In this document: positions 49,704 through 59,641 of the stretch, in pieces
Layout: each line of letters starts with the position of its first letter
Numbering within the stretch: the stretch's first letter is position 1
NCBI GenBank assembly: GCA_963741085.1
Contig: CAVUGM010000006.1
Location: 565,822 to 629,821, forward strand
Direction: 5' to 3'
Source: an uncultured Chloroflexia bacterium
GTDB taxonomy: Bacteria; Chloroflexota; Limnocylindria; Limnocylindrales; CSP1-4
DNA length: 64,000 bases
The notes under the pieces: model-generated
Seen by the model: only the letters and a program-made list of their open reading frames with translations
What the model was told of the DNA's origin: nothing
Databases searched by the model: none
Position numbers and translations under genes: made by a program

Positions 49704-50624
49704 CCGACGGACATCCTCCGGCGCCTGTTCGGTCCCGACCCACGCGACCCGGCGCCGGCGCGCGACCCACGCGAGCTCGATCCAGCGAGCGCAGCCGAGA
49801 CGGGGGGCGAGCGCCTGCCGCCTGCGCCGACCGGGCTGCCCTGCCCGTACTGCGCGGTGCTCCTCGACCCGCCGCCGGCCAGAAGGCGCTTGTGCCCGCG
49901 CTGCCGGCAGCCGATCGTGCCCCGGCGGGTGGAGGGCCGGCTCGTCCTGCTGACGCGAGCCGCGGTCACGGTCTTCGAGGCTCAACGCCAGCGCGAGGTC
50001 GACGAGCGCGACTGGGCCGCGTCGCGGCGGCGCTGGCTCCAGCTGGCGAAGGCGGTGAAGGCACCCGCGGCCCGGCGGTCCAGGCTGGCGGCAGCCCCGA
50101 TCACGGCCGACGTCGTCGTCTCGTGCCGGGCCCTCTACCTGTCCGCCGCGGAACGCGCGGTCAAGGGGGCGCGGCGCGAGAAGCACTGGGGCGAGGTCGG
50201 CCACCTCCGCCGCGAGCAGGCGATGGCGCTCTTCGAGGAATCCGGCTCACGGGTGCCGCTTCCCGACGAGATCGCCGCCCTGCACCGCGACGGCATGACA
50301 GCCGTGCTCCGCTCGCTGGTGCCACTGGCCCACAATGTCGAGCTCGTGAGCGCGGAATGCTGTCCTGCCTGCCGGGCCGAGACCGGGCGGACGTTCCGGA
50401 TCGCGGACGAGATCCAGGTCGGACGCCTCCCCCACGCCGGGTGCCCGAAGGGCCTCTGCCGGTGCGACTGGTGGCCGGCCACTATCGAGCCGGGCCGGCG
50501 CCGTCGCCGTCGAGCGGTGCCACGGGGCACGCCGACTTCGGCGGGGAGCAGGGAAGAGCTCGACGCCGAGCTGACGGAAACACCGACCCCCCTGGCTGCG
50601 GAGGCCGAGCCGTCGACCGAATGA
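49700..50624 (+). CDS. Hypothetical protein with N-terminal zinc-ribbon (CPYC...CPRC) and C-terminal Cys cluster; frameshift at about 49709
   Basis: ATG overlaps the XDH stop (ATGA); MTD then a 1-nt shift (extra G in 'gacggac') into ILRRLFGPDP...GLPCPYCAVLLDPPPARRRLCPRCRQPIV...VSAECCPACRAETGRTFRIADEIQVGRLPHAGCPKGLCRCDWW. Confidence 0.5.
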
Positions 50625-50661
50625 CGCCGCCCGGCATCGCGACTGCCGGTTCTTGAGAGCG

Positions 50662-51459
50662 TCAGGGCAGGGGCTGGTTGCGCTCCGGTGCCCAGCGCAA
50701 CGCCAGGCGCCGGTCGGCCTGGTCGAGGTCGAGGTCCGCGACGGCGAGACCCACGGCCCCGTAGCGAAGGCTGGCGACGAGGGCGCCGTCCGGCGCGACG
50801 ATCCCCGTGATCGAGCCCTGGTCCGCGGCAGCCACGTTCGCCTGGGCCACGAACACCGTGTTCTCGAGGGCCCGGCAGAGCAGCGCTCGCTCGTTGTACG
50901 GATTGGCCGCGTCGCACCAGCGGCTGGGCAGCGAGCCGTCATCCGTTCGAACGTAGTGGGGGACGAAGACGATCGATGCTCCACGAAGCACGAGGGAGCG
51001 CGTGATCTCCGGGTAGCGAAACGCCTCATGACAGATCGCGATCCCGAACATCACGCTCGCGACCGTGAAGATGCGACGCCCCGTGCCCGGGACGTACCAG
51101 CGCTCCTCGCTGGGGTCGATCTGCGTCTTCGGCTGGGTGCCGAGTCGCGAGCCGTCGGCGCCGATCACGACGCTCACGATCTGTCGGCCCGCGGGCGTCG
51201 GGAGCTCTGCACCAACGAGCGCCACCACGCCGGCACGGGCGGCCGCGGCCGCCACCCTGTCCAGGGCGCTCTCGAGAGCCGCCGGTTGCATGTCAGCCAC
51301 CTGGCGGGCCTGGTCCCGGTGGCCGGGCAGACCCGCTTCGGGAAGGCACACGATGGCCGCGCCCGCGCGACCGGCCTCCTCGATGGCGCCGACGGCCGCG
51401 GGGACCGCTTCATCGAGGGTCGCGGTCAGGGGGGTCGAGGCGACGGCGATGCGCACGCT
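50662..51459 (-). CDS. Carbon-nitrogen hydrolase (nitrilase superfamily)
   Basis: VRIAVASTP...AAIVCLPEAGLPG (Glu); ...GTQPKTQIDPSE...RIFTVASVMFGIAICHEAFRYPEI (catalytic Cys in ICHE context). Confidence 0.75.
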   Translation of the reverse strand, partial: SVRIAVASTPLTATLDEAVPAAVGAIEEAGRAGAAIVCLPEAGLPGHRDQARQVADMQPAALESALDRVAAAAARAGVVALVGAELPTPAGRQIVSVVIGADGSRLGTQPKTQIDPSEERWYVPGTGRRIFTVASVMFGIAICHEAFRYPEITRSLVLRGASIVFVPHYVRTDDGSLPSRWCDAANPYNERALLCRALENTVFVAQANVAAADQGSITGIVAPDGALVASLRYGAVGLAVADLDLDQADRRLALRWAPERNQPLP

Positions 51460-51646
51460 GAGATGACCTCCTCGCGGACCAGGCAGGCCGAGTCTACCGC
51501 TCCGCCGCCGGCGACCCGTGCAGGAGGAGTGGGAAGAGAGGTCGCGTCCGCGACGGAGCTCGAGCGCGGAAGACCGCTCTTCCCCGGGCCCGAGCGCCAC
51601 GGAATCGGGCGCGATCTCGCGGCCGTCACGACGTAGGATCGCTGGT

Positions 51647-52530
51647 GTGGACGACCTCGTCGACGCCTACGAGCTTCTCGATGCGGGCGATGGCCGCCGC
51701 CTCGAGCGCTTCGGCGACGTCGTCGTCGACAGGCCCGCGCCCGGAGCCCTCGGGCCACGCCTCGCGCCCGCGGAGTGGCTCCGGGCCCTCGCACGCTACG
51801 AGCGGCCGAGCGCTGCCGAGACGGGGGCGTGGGCGCCCGCGCGCACGCTCGCGGCCGGCTGGGTGATGGAGGTTGACGGGCTCCGCCTGGAGTTGCGTCT
51901 CGCACCATCCGGCCAGGTCGGCTTCTTCCCCGAGCACCTGGCCGTCGCTCGCTGGGCCGCGCGGCGTGCCGCCGCCCTGGGGAGCGACCGGAGCCTGCCG
52001 GTGGCCGTGCTGAACCTGTTCGCCCACACCGGACTCGCGACGCTCCTGCTTGCCCGCGCGGGTGCCTCGGTCTCCCACGTCGATGCCTCGCGACCCGCCG
52101 TCGCATGGGCGCGCCGAAACGCCGCGCTCTCCGGCATGGAGGAGCGCCCGGTCCGTTGGCTCGTCGACGACGCGGCCGGCTTCGTGGCCCGCGAGGCGCG
52201 GCGGGGTCGTCGCTACGACGGCGTCGTGCTCGATCCGCCATCGTTCGGGAGGGCCCCTGGCGGCGCCGGATGGAGCCTCGCGACGGGCCTGGCCCCGCTG
52301 CTTCACGGCGTACGCGGCCTCCTCGCCGGCCCGGACGCATTCGTGGCCTGCACGGCGCATGTCGCCGGGCTCGGTCGGGACGACCTGGAGCGCGCCGTGG
52401 TGGACGGCCTGGCGCTCGCGGGGTCGACACGGAAGTGCGCGACCTGCCCTCGCTGGCGCGGAGCGGAGCGAGGTTGCCCGCCGGCTGGGCGGTCCTCGTG
52501 GCGGCCGTCGGTCCGGAGGGTCATCGATGA
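51647..52530 (+). CDS. Class I SAM-dependent RNA methyltransferase (RlmI/YccW-like); frameshift near 52420
   Basis: GQVGFFPEHLAVARW...VLNLFAHTGLATLLLARAGASVSHVDASRPAVAWARRNAALSG...YDGVVLDPPSFGR (motif IV). C-terminus in an adjacent frame, ending GPEGHR*. Confidence 0.65.
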
Positions 52531-53368
52531 CCGACGAACCACCGATCGCGTCCGCGATCACGAGCGCCTCGAACCCTCGGGTCCGGGCCGCCCTGGACCT
52601 GCGCGAGCGGAAGGGACGCGAGCGCGCCGGGCGGCTGCTCGTCGACGGCGGACGCGAGGTCGCTCGGGCCCTCGACGCCGGTGTCGAGATCGTCGAGGCA
52701 TTCGTGTCCGGCGAGCCACGCGACGCGGCCGCCCGCGCGACGATCGGCCGGCTCGCCGCCGCCGGAATCCCGCTGGTCACGGTCTCGGGCCCGGCCGAGA
52801 GGCGCCTCGCCTACGGCGACCGGCGCAGCGAGGTTGTCGCCGTCGTCACGACGCCCCAGGCCGACCTGGTCCACCTCGCGAGGACGCTGGATGGGGTGCC
52901 GGATCCGCTCGTGATCGTGCTCGAGGATCCCGAGAAGCCGGGGAACCTCGGGGCGATCGCGCGGAGCGCGGACGGCGCCGGCGCGGCCGCCCTCATCGCG
53001 GCCACGCGGCCGGGGCCCGGAGGCCGATCCATGGAACCCGAACGCGATCCGCGCCAGCGTCGGGGCCGTGCTGGGGCTGCCGATCGCGGTGGCATCGACG
53101 CCGGACGTGCTCGCGTGGCTGTCCGAACGCCGGATCCGCGTCGCTCGCGGCACGCGTCCAGGCGCCCGTCGAGTACGTGCAGGTCGACATGCGCGGCCCG
53201 CTGGCGATCGCCCTCGGTTCCGAGGCGGACGGCCTCGGTCCGGCCTGGCTGGCGGCCGGGATCGCGGGAGTCCGGCTGCCGATGCTCGGCCGCGGCGATT
53301 CGCTCAACGTCTCGGCCGCGGCCGCCGTCCTTCTCTACGAGGCCCGCCGCCAGCGCTCCGGCGCCTGA
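52526..53368 (+). CDS. TrmH/SpoU-family RNA 2'-O-methyltransferase; 2-3 frameshifts
   Basis: NPRVRAALDLRERKGRERAGRLLVDGGREV...LVIVLEDPEKPGNLGAIARSADGAGAAALIA; then MLGLPIAVAST... and ...LAIALGSEADGLGPAWLAAGIAGVRLPMLGRGDSLNVSAAAAVLLYEA in other frames. Confidence 0.7.
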   Translation, partial: DDRRTTDRVRDHERLEPSGPGRPGPARAEGTRARRAAARRRRTRGRSGPRRRCRDRRGIRVRRATRRGRPRDDRPARRRRNPAGHGLGPGREAPRLRRPAQRGCRRRHDAPGRPGPPREDAGWGAGSARDRARGSREAGEPRGDRAERGRRRRGRPHRGHAAGARRPIHGTRTRSAPASGPCWGCRSRWHRRRTCSRGCPNAGSASLAARVQAPVEYVQVDMRGPLAIALGSEADGLGPAWLAAGIAGVRLPMLGRGDSLNVSAAAAVLLYEARRQRSGA

Positions 53369-53440
53369 ACGTCTCGGGCGCAGCGGGGCCACCCAGCCGT
53401 CGCGACCGGGCTCCTGCCGACCTCGACCTATACTCCGGCC

Positions 53441-55036
53441 ATGATCCCCATGGTGCCGTCGACGTACGGTCTGCGCCGGCCCGTCCGCCGCGCCCTGCCG
53501 CTCATTGCCGCCGTCGTTCTCGCCGCCGCGGCGCTCCTGCCGGTGGGGACGCACGTTGCCGCGGAACGGCCGGCCCGGATCTTCATGGCGTCGCCCGCGA
53601 CACTCGATCCGGCGGCCGCCGGCGACGCGCAGAGCGCGGCCGTCATCGCCCAGGCGTTCGAGGGCCTGACGGCCGTCGACGCGACGCTCACGCCCAGACC
53701 GGCGCTGGCCCAGGGCTGGGAGCTGCGCGACAACGGCCAGACCGTGGTCTTCACGCTCCGCGACGGGCTCGCGTTCTCGGACGGGACCCCGCTCACGGCC
53801 GCCGACGTCCGGCGCAGCTGGCTGCGCGTCCTGGACCCGGCGCGGCCGTCTCCACTCGCGTCGCTCCTGTACGACGTCGTGGGTGCCCGCGAGTACCTCC
53901 AGGGCACGGGTTCGGTCGATGGCGTGGGGATCAACGCGAACGGCCGCACGCTGGAGGTGCGCCTCAAGGTGCCGGCCGGCGACTTCGCCGCCCTCGCCGC
54001 GAGCCCCACCCTGGCTGTCGTGCCGGCAGTGGGCGCGGCGACCTTCAGCCCGGGGAGCACGTTCGTCGCGTCCGGTGGCTACCGGATCGTGGGAACGGCA
54101 ACGGACGGGCTGACCCTGCAGGCCAACCCGCGCTACTGGGCGGGCGCACCGGCCATCTCCGACATCACCCTCGTGTCGGACATCGGAGGACGCAGCCCGG
54201 TCGATGTCTTCTCGGCCGGGCAGCTGGACTGGACGCCGGTGGGCGAGTACGACGCGTCGTGGCTGGCTTATGACCCGACCCTGGGCGCGAGCCTGCGCTC
54301 GTGGGCCGACCTGGCGGTCACGTACTACGGGTTCGAGACGCGGCGCAAGCCGTTCGACGACGCCCGCGTGCGGCAGGCGTTCGCCAGTGCCGTCGACTGG
54401 ACGAGGATCGTGCAGCTGGCGGACGGCGCGACGGCCGTCCCGGCGACGTCCATGGTTCCCCCGGGGATTCCCGGCCGCCCGGACGGACCGTTCGTCCCGA
54501 CGTACGACCCGGCGGGGGCGCGCCGCCTGCTTGCCGAGGCCGGCTTCGCCGACCCGTCGACGTTCCCCGCCGTCACGCTGGTGACGGGCGGGACCGCCTA
54601 CGACGAGGCGATCCTGGCCCAGCTGCGCCAGAACCTGGGGGTCACCATCCACTACGAGACGCTCGACTTCACGACGCTCTACGAGCGGCTCGGGAGCGCG
54701 GACTCGCCGGACCTCTGGGCGGTGTCGTGGATCGCCGACTACCCGTCGCCGAACGACTTCCTGGGGATCCTGCTCGGCTCGCGCCAGCCCAACAACTACG
54801 GCGGCTGGTCCAGCGACCCGTTCGATGCCGCCATCGCGAGCGCCACCGGCGCCGCCGATCCTGTCGCGGCGAAAGCCGGCTACGACGCCGCCGAAAGGAT
54901 CGTTGCCGCCGAGGTGCCGGTGGTGCCGGTCACCTACGGGACCTCGTATGCGCTGGCTCGTGACGGGCTCCACGGCGCGGCGAGCAACGGGCTTGGGATC
55001 CTCCGGATCGCGGGCCTCGACTGGAGCGGGCAGTGA
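53441..55036 (+). CDS. ABC transporter substrate-binding protein, family 5 (peptide/nickel type), secreted
   Basis: Signal peptide; ...AQAFEGLTAVDATLTPRPALAQGWELRDNGQTVVFTLRDGLAFSDGTPLTAADVRRSW...NPRYWAG... Intact 531 aa. Confidence 0.8.
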   Translation: MIPMVPSTYGLRRPVRRALPLIAAVVLAAAALLPVGTHVAAERPARIFMASPATLDPAAAGDAQSAAVIAQAFEGLTAVDATLTPRPALAQGWELRDNGQTVVFTLRDGLAFSDGTPLTAADVRRSWLRVLDPARPSPLASLLYDVVGAREYLQGTGSVDGVGINANGRTLEVRLKVPAGDFAALAASPTLAVVPAVGAATFSPGSTFVASGGYRIVGTATDGLTLQANPRYWAGAPAISDITLVSDIGGRSPVDVFSAGQLDWTPVGEYDASWLAYDPTLGASLRSWADLAVTYYGFETRRKPFDDARVRQAFASAVDWTRIVQLADGATAVPATSMVPPGIPGRPDGPFVPTYDPAGARRLLAEAGFADPSTFPAVTLVTGGTAYDEAILAQLRQNLGVTIHYETLDFTTLYERLGSADSPDLWAVSWIADYPSPNDFLGILLGSRQPNNYGGWSSDPFDAAIASATGAADPVAAKAGYDAAERIVAAEVPVVPVTYGTSYALARDGLHGAASNGLGILRIAGLDWSGQ

Positions 55037-56442
55037 GGCGCGGGGCCGCGGTCGCCGCGGTCGTCGCCCTGGTCCTGTGCCTGCTTCCCGCTGCCGTGCG
55101 TGCAGCGTCGCCGACCTTCGGCACGCCGACGACCGCGGTGACGTTCGGCCAGGAGATCGTCTTCACGCAGCCCTACGACACGCCGCTGCCGCTGGCTCGG
55201 GCCGAGCTGCTGGTCGACTTTCCGCAGAGTCTCGGTCCGGTCGTGACCCAGGTGGCTGACGCCACCGACGCTGGCCGGGGCACGCTGACCTATCGATTGT
55301 CGGTCGCGGGCGACGCCCACATCGCGCCGAACACCAGGCTCACGGCGCGCTGGCGCCTCGTCCCTGCGGACCGCTCGCTGCCACCGGTCGTTGGACCGGA
55401 GGCGTCGGCCCTCTATGCGGATACACGGTTCACGTGGAAGACGCTCAGCGGCGACCTCGTCCGGCTCCACTGGTACCAGGGCCCCGATTCCTTCGGCAAG
55501 GCGGCGCTCGCGATCGGCGAGAAGGCCGTGCGCGATGCGGCCGCGTTCATGGGGGTGACGGAGACCGAGCCGATCGACTTCTTCGTCTACGCCGACCAGC
55601 AGGCCTTCTACGATGCCCTCGGGCCGGGAACCCGCGAGAACGTCGGCGGCGAGGCCTTCAGCGACATCCGGACGATGTTCGCGCTCATCGGCCCCGGCAA
55701 CGTCACGGACTCCTGGGTCGGGATCGTCATTCCCCACGAGCTGACCCACCTCGTCTTTGACACTGCTGTCCACAACCCGTACCACTTCCCGCCGCGCTGG
55801 CTCAACGAAGGAGTCGCGGTGTATCTCTCCCAGGGCTACGGAACCTCCGACCGCGACGCGGTGGCGTCGGCCACCGCGGACAGTCGGCTGATGCCCTTGA
55901 CGGCCCTCGGTGGGCAGTTCCCGACGTCCGCGGACCGCTTCAGCCTCGCCTACGCCGAGAGTGTCTCTGCCGTCGACTTCCTCGTCCGCACTCACGGGAC
56001 GCAGGCCCTCGTGAACCTCCTGCATGCCTATGCCGGCGGCGTCACGGACGACGAGGCCTTCACGACCGCCACGGGAACCGACGTCGCGGGCTTTGAGCAG
56101 GCCTGGCTGACCGCGCTCGGCGCCTCGGCCCCCGTCAAGCACGGCCCGCAACCCGCCGCACCGGGACCGGTGCCGCCAGGCTGGGCCGCCGGGGCCGCCG
56201 GCAGCGCACCCTCGGCGGAGCCGGCGTCGCCATCCACTCCGGCGCCCGCAGACGGCGGCCAGCCGGCACCGACGGGGGCGCTCCCGATCCTCGGCATCGC
56301 GGCGGTCGCCGGGCTGCTGATCGGCGGCTCCATCGCGTACCGTCGCCGATTGCGGGCCGGGTCGTTCGCGCTTCCCGACGCGGACTCCGATCCTGCCGCG
56401 ACTACCGGCGAGACGCTTCCGCCCGGAGGAGACGGGGCGTGA
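55033..56442 (+). CDS. Secreted/membrane-anchored zinc metallopeptidase, MA-clan-like (HExxH)
   Basis: Signal peptide MRRGAAVAAVVALVLCLLPAAVRA; VIPHELTHLVFDTAV (HExxH); ...NEGVAVYLSQGYG...; C-terminal Ala/Pro-rich linker plus TM helix ILGIAAVAGLLIGGSIAY. GTG start overlaps the SBP stop. Confidence 0.6.
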   Translation: MRRGAAVAAVVALVLCLLPAAVRAASPTFGTPTTAVTFGQEIVFTQPYDTPLPLARAELLVDFPQSLGPVVTQVADATDAGRGTLTYRLSVAGDAHIAPNTRLTARWRLVPADRSLPPVVGPEASALYADTRFTWKTLSGDLVRLHWYQGPDSFGKAALAIGEKAVRDAAAFMGVTETEPIDFFVYADQQAFYDALGPGTRENVGGEAFSDIRTMFALIGPGNVTDSWVGIVIPHELTHLVFDTAVHNPYHFPPRWLNEGVAVYLSQGYGTSDRDAVASATADSRLMPLTALGGQFPTSADRFSLAYAESVSAVDFLVRTHGTQALVNLLHAYAGGVTDDEAFTTATGTDVAGFEQAWLTALGASAPVKHGPQPAAPGPVPPGWAAGAAGSAPSAEPASPSTPAPADGGQPAPTGALPILGIAAVAGLLIGGSIAYRRRLRAGSFALPDADSDPAATTGETLPPGGDGA

Positions 56443-57204
56443 CGGGACTCGTGGCCCGGGCTCGGCGGGTGCCAACCTGGCAGGTGACCCTGTTCGTCGC
56501 CCTCCTCGCCCTCGGCTTCCTGATCGCGGCCCAGGTGCGCAGCGAGGCGCCCCGTGTGCGCTACACGACACAGGAGCGAGCGCCGCTCGTGGAGACCGTC
56601 GTCGCGCTGCAGGCCCAGCAGGACGCGCTGAAGCAGCAGATCCTGGACCTCCGGTCGAAGATCGCCAGCGCCGAGGCGACGAGCGCGGGAAGCACGCGCC
56701 AGGTGCAGCGACCTCAACACGGCGCTCCTCGGCGCTCGCATCGCCGCAGGGATCGTGGCCCTCGAAGGCCCTGGGATCGTCCTGCAGCTCGAGGACTCGC
56801 AGGTGCCGCTTCCACCCGGCGCGGCGGCGACGGACTACCGGGTCAGCGGCCGCGACCTCCGTACCGTCGTCGAGGAGCTGTGGCTTGCCGGTGCCGAGGC
56901 GGTCGCGATCAACGGCGAGCGTGTGGTCCCCACGACCGCCTTCGTCGACATCGGCGGTTCGGTCCTCGTCAACTCGGCCTACCTGGCCCCGCCGTACCAG
57001 GTCGCGGCCATCGGTCCGGCTGACATGTACGACGCGCTGGTGGCGTCGCCCGGGTTCGTCGACCTCGCGCGCGCCCGCGTCGACCGGTACGGCATCCGCA
57101 TCTCGTTCGCGCAGCCATCGACGGTGACGGTGCCGGCGTACGCCGGTTCCGTCGCAGTCCTCTACGCCCGCCCGCCGGTCGCCAGCCCTTCGCCGGTCCC
57201 GTGA
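56439..57204 (+). CDS. DUF881-domain protein (actinobacterial cell-division-associated); frameshift near 56690
   Basis: N-terminal TM helix and coiled coil LVETVVALQAQQDALKQQILDLRSKIASAE. Second frame: GPGIVLQLEDSQ...VSGRDLRTVVEELWLAGAEAVAINGERV...VAAIGPADMYDAL. Confidence 0.7.
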
Positions 57205-57881
57205 CGATGCGCCGCCCGCGGAGCCAGATCGCCATTGCCGCTGTGGCCCTCCTGCTCGGCCTGCTGCTCGTGATCCAGCTGCGGGCACAGCAGGCCGGGA
57301 CCGGCCTCGAGACCCAGTCGTCGCAGGACCTGACCCTCCTCGTCGCGAACCTGACCACCCGTAACGAGCAGCTGCGGGCCGACACCGCGGACCTTCAGAG
57401 GCAGCTCGACGGGATCGCAGCCGCGAGAGCGCGCGGCGAGACGTCGCTCGACCAGCTGCGCTTCGAGCTCGAACGGGTCCGCCTGTGGGCGGGGATCGAC
57501 CCCGCGTCGGGGCCGGGCGTGCGGGTGCTGATCCTCGGCGGAGTGCCCGCCAATGCCGCCTCCGACCTCGTCAACGAGCTGCGCAACGCCGGCGCCGAGG
57601 CGATCGGGATCAACGGCGTCCGCGTGGTCGCGGGGACCGTCGTGGCCGGGCCGCCCGGCTCCCTCTCGGTGGAGAACACCCCGCTCGGCCCAAGGATCGA
57701 GATCGTCGCGATCGGCAATCCCGCGGCGCTCACCGGATCCCTGACCCGTGTCGGCGGGATCGTCGCCCAGCTCGAGGCGACCTACCAGGAAGCCCAGGTC
57801 GAGGTGATGCCGCTCGATGCCGTGACCGTGCCCGCGACCGACAGTGTGCTTGTCCCGACGTACGGGAAGCCTCGGCCGTAG
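57201..57881 (+). CDS. DUF881-domain protein (second tandem paralogue), intact
   Basis: TM helix; LLVANLTTRNEQLRADTADLQRQLDG...GPGVRVLILGG...LVNELRNAGAEAIGINGVRVV...IVAIGNPAALTGSL. Confidence 0.75.
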   Translation: MTMRRPRSQIAIAAVALLLGLLLVIQLRAQQAGTGLETQSSQDLTLLVANLTTRNEQLRADTADLQRQLDGIAAARARGETSLDQLRFELERVRLWAGIDPASGPGVRVLILGGVPANAASDLVNELRNAGAEAIGINGVRVVAGTVVAGPPGSLSVENTPLGPRIEIVAIGNPAALTGSLTRVGGIVAQLEATYQEAQVEVMPLDAVTVPATDSVLVPTYGKPRP

Positions 57882-58001
57882 CTCCGGATCGCAGACCGCC
57901 GCGCGCCGAAGACCGCCCCTGCCGCTCGGTCATTCGTCGCCGCGCTGTCCCGCAGGGGCTGGAATGCTACCCTCGCCGCCGATGAACCTCGCGGCTGACC
58001 C

Positions 58002-58214
58002 ATGACGCCTCCGGTCCCGTTCCGGCTCGGCGACCGCCTCGAGCTCAGGCGGCCGCATCCGTGCGGCGGACGTTCGTGGGACGTCACCCGGATCGGTGCC
58101 GACCTCGGCCTCCGATGCACGACGTGCGGGCGGCGGATCCTCGTCGAGCGCCGCACCGTGGAGCGGCGCCTGGCCGCCTTCCTCGCGCGCGGGCCCGAGG
58201 TGCTCCCGCCGTGA
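58002..58214 (+). CDS. DUF951-family small protein
   Basis: 70 aa: FRLGDRLELRRPHPCGGRSWDVTRIGADLGLRCTTCGRRILVERRTVERRL. Confidence 0.6.
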   Translation: MTPPVPFRLGDRLELRRPHPCGGRSWDVTRIGADLGLRCTTCGRRILVERRTVERRLAAFLARGPEVLPP

Positions 58215-59641
58215 GCGAGCTGGCCGCTGTGGCCAACGGCACGAACGGCGCGGAGACCTCGGCCGCCGCCGTCTTCCGCAACCGCCCGTTCCTGCTGCTG
58301 TGGCTCTCGCAGGTTGCGACGCAGGTTGGCGGGAACATGGTCCTCTACGGGCTCACCGTCCTGGTGTTCGCCGAAACGGGCTCGAAGAGCGCCGTCTCGC
58401 TGCTGATCCTGACCTTCCTGGTCCCGGCCGTCATCTTCAGTGCCGTCGCCGGCGTCTACGTCGACCGCTTCGACCGCCGGAAGGTCCTCGTCGTCACGAA
58501 CCTGGTCAGGGCAATCCTCTTCCTCGTCCTGGCGATCTTCGACTCGAACATCCTCGTCGTGTATGGGCTCAACATCGCCATCTCCATCGCGACGACGTTC
58601 TTCGCCCCGGCCGAACTCTCGATGATCCCGCGCGTCGTGCCGCGGATCCAGCTGGTGGCCGCGAACGGGATCTTCCTGCTCACGCTGAACGCCGCGTTCG
58701 CCATCGGGTTCGCCCTTCTCGGGCCGCTGCTCGTCATCGCCTCGAATCCGACGGTCCTCATCATCATCGTGGCCGCGCTCTACCTGGTCGCCGCCGGGTT
58801 CTGCTGGACGCTCCCGTCGGCGCCGCCCGGCGCGATGACGAGCGACGGTGCGCCCGACCGGCCCGACGCGCCGACGGGGACGTTTCTCGAGCAGTTCCGC
58901 GAGGGAATCGCCTACATCCGGGCGAACCCCCTCGTCAACTGGGCCCTCCTCTATCTTGCCGTCGCCGCATCGATCGTCGGCGTCCTCGGCGTCCTCGGCC
59001 CCGCGTTCGCGCAGGACGCTCTGGGGCTGCGGCCGAAGGACTTCGTCGTCATCGTGGCGCCGCTGGGGGTGGGGGTCGTGATCGGCGCCCTCGCGGTCAA
59101 CGCGGTCCAGGCGCAGGTCGCGCGACGGCGACTGATCGAGACGGGCATGGTGGTGCTGGGCACCTGCCTGGCCCTCATCGCGATCGCGGGCCCGATCGCA
59201 GAGTTCCTGCGCGACGTCAACAGCCGCGTGCCGGGACCGGACGTGTCGGCGTTCGTCAGCGTCCTCTCGGTCGTCGTGGCCATCGCGATCGTGGCCGGGA
59301 TCGCCTATGCCGCTACGGCCATCCCGGCCCAGGCCGAGCTGCAGGAGGAGATCCAACCGGCGGTCCGGGGCCGGGTGTTCGGGATCCTGAACATGCTCGT
59401 CTCGATCGCCAGCTTCCTGCCCATCATCCTCGTCGGTCCGATCTCGGACGCCGTCGGCACGATGCCCGTCCTCCTCTTCTGTGCCGTGACGATCGTCGTC
59501 GTCGGGATCGCGTCGATCCTCCTCCGCAAGAGCCCGGCCCTTGGAGCCTTCTCCGACGAGACGGCGCCCGACGAGTCGATCGCCCCCGCGGCGACGTGGG
59601 AGCCCGGCGTCGTGCCCGGTCCCTCGCCGGACGAGCCGTGA
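58211..59641 (+). CDS. MFS transporter
   Basis: GTG start overlaps the DUF951 stop. 12 predicted TM helices. FRNRPFLLLWLSQVATQVGGNMVLYGL...YVDRFDRRKVLVVTNLVRA. Confidence 0.8.
   Translation: MSELAAVANGTNGAETSAAAVFRNRPFLLLWLSQVATQVGGNMVLYGLTVLVFAETGSKSAVSLLILTFLVPAVIFSAVAGVYVDRFDRRKVLVVTNLVRAILFLVLAIFDSNILVVYGLNIAISIATTFFAPAELSMIPRVVPRIQLVAANGIFLLTLNAAFAIGFALLGPLLVIASNPTVLIIIVAALYLVAAGFCWTLPSAPPGAMTSDGAPDRPDAPTGTFLEQFREGIAYIRANPLVNWALLYLAVAASIVGVLGVLGPAFAQDALGLRPKDFVVIVAPLGVGVVIGALAVNAVQAQVARRRLIETGMVVLGTCLALIAIAGPIAEFLRDVNSRVPGPDVSAFVSVLSVVVAIAIVAGIAYAATAIPAQAELQEEIQPAVRGRVFGILNMLVSIASFLPIILVGPISDAVGTMPVLLFCAVTIVVVGIASILLRKSPALGAFSDETAPDESIAPAATWEPGVVPGPSPDEP

Noticed and set aside
46461-50204. 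1247-aa ORF on the minus strand
   Set aside because: Antisense shadow of the intact XDH-family gene. Low-complexity R/G/P/A sequence.
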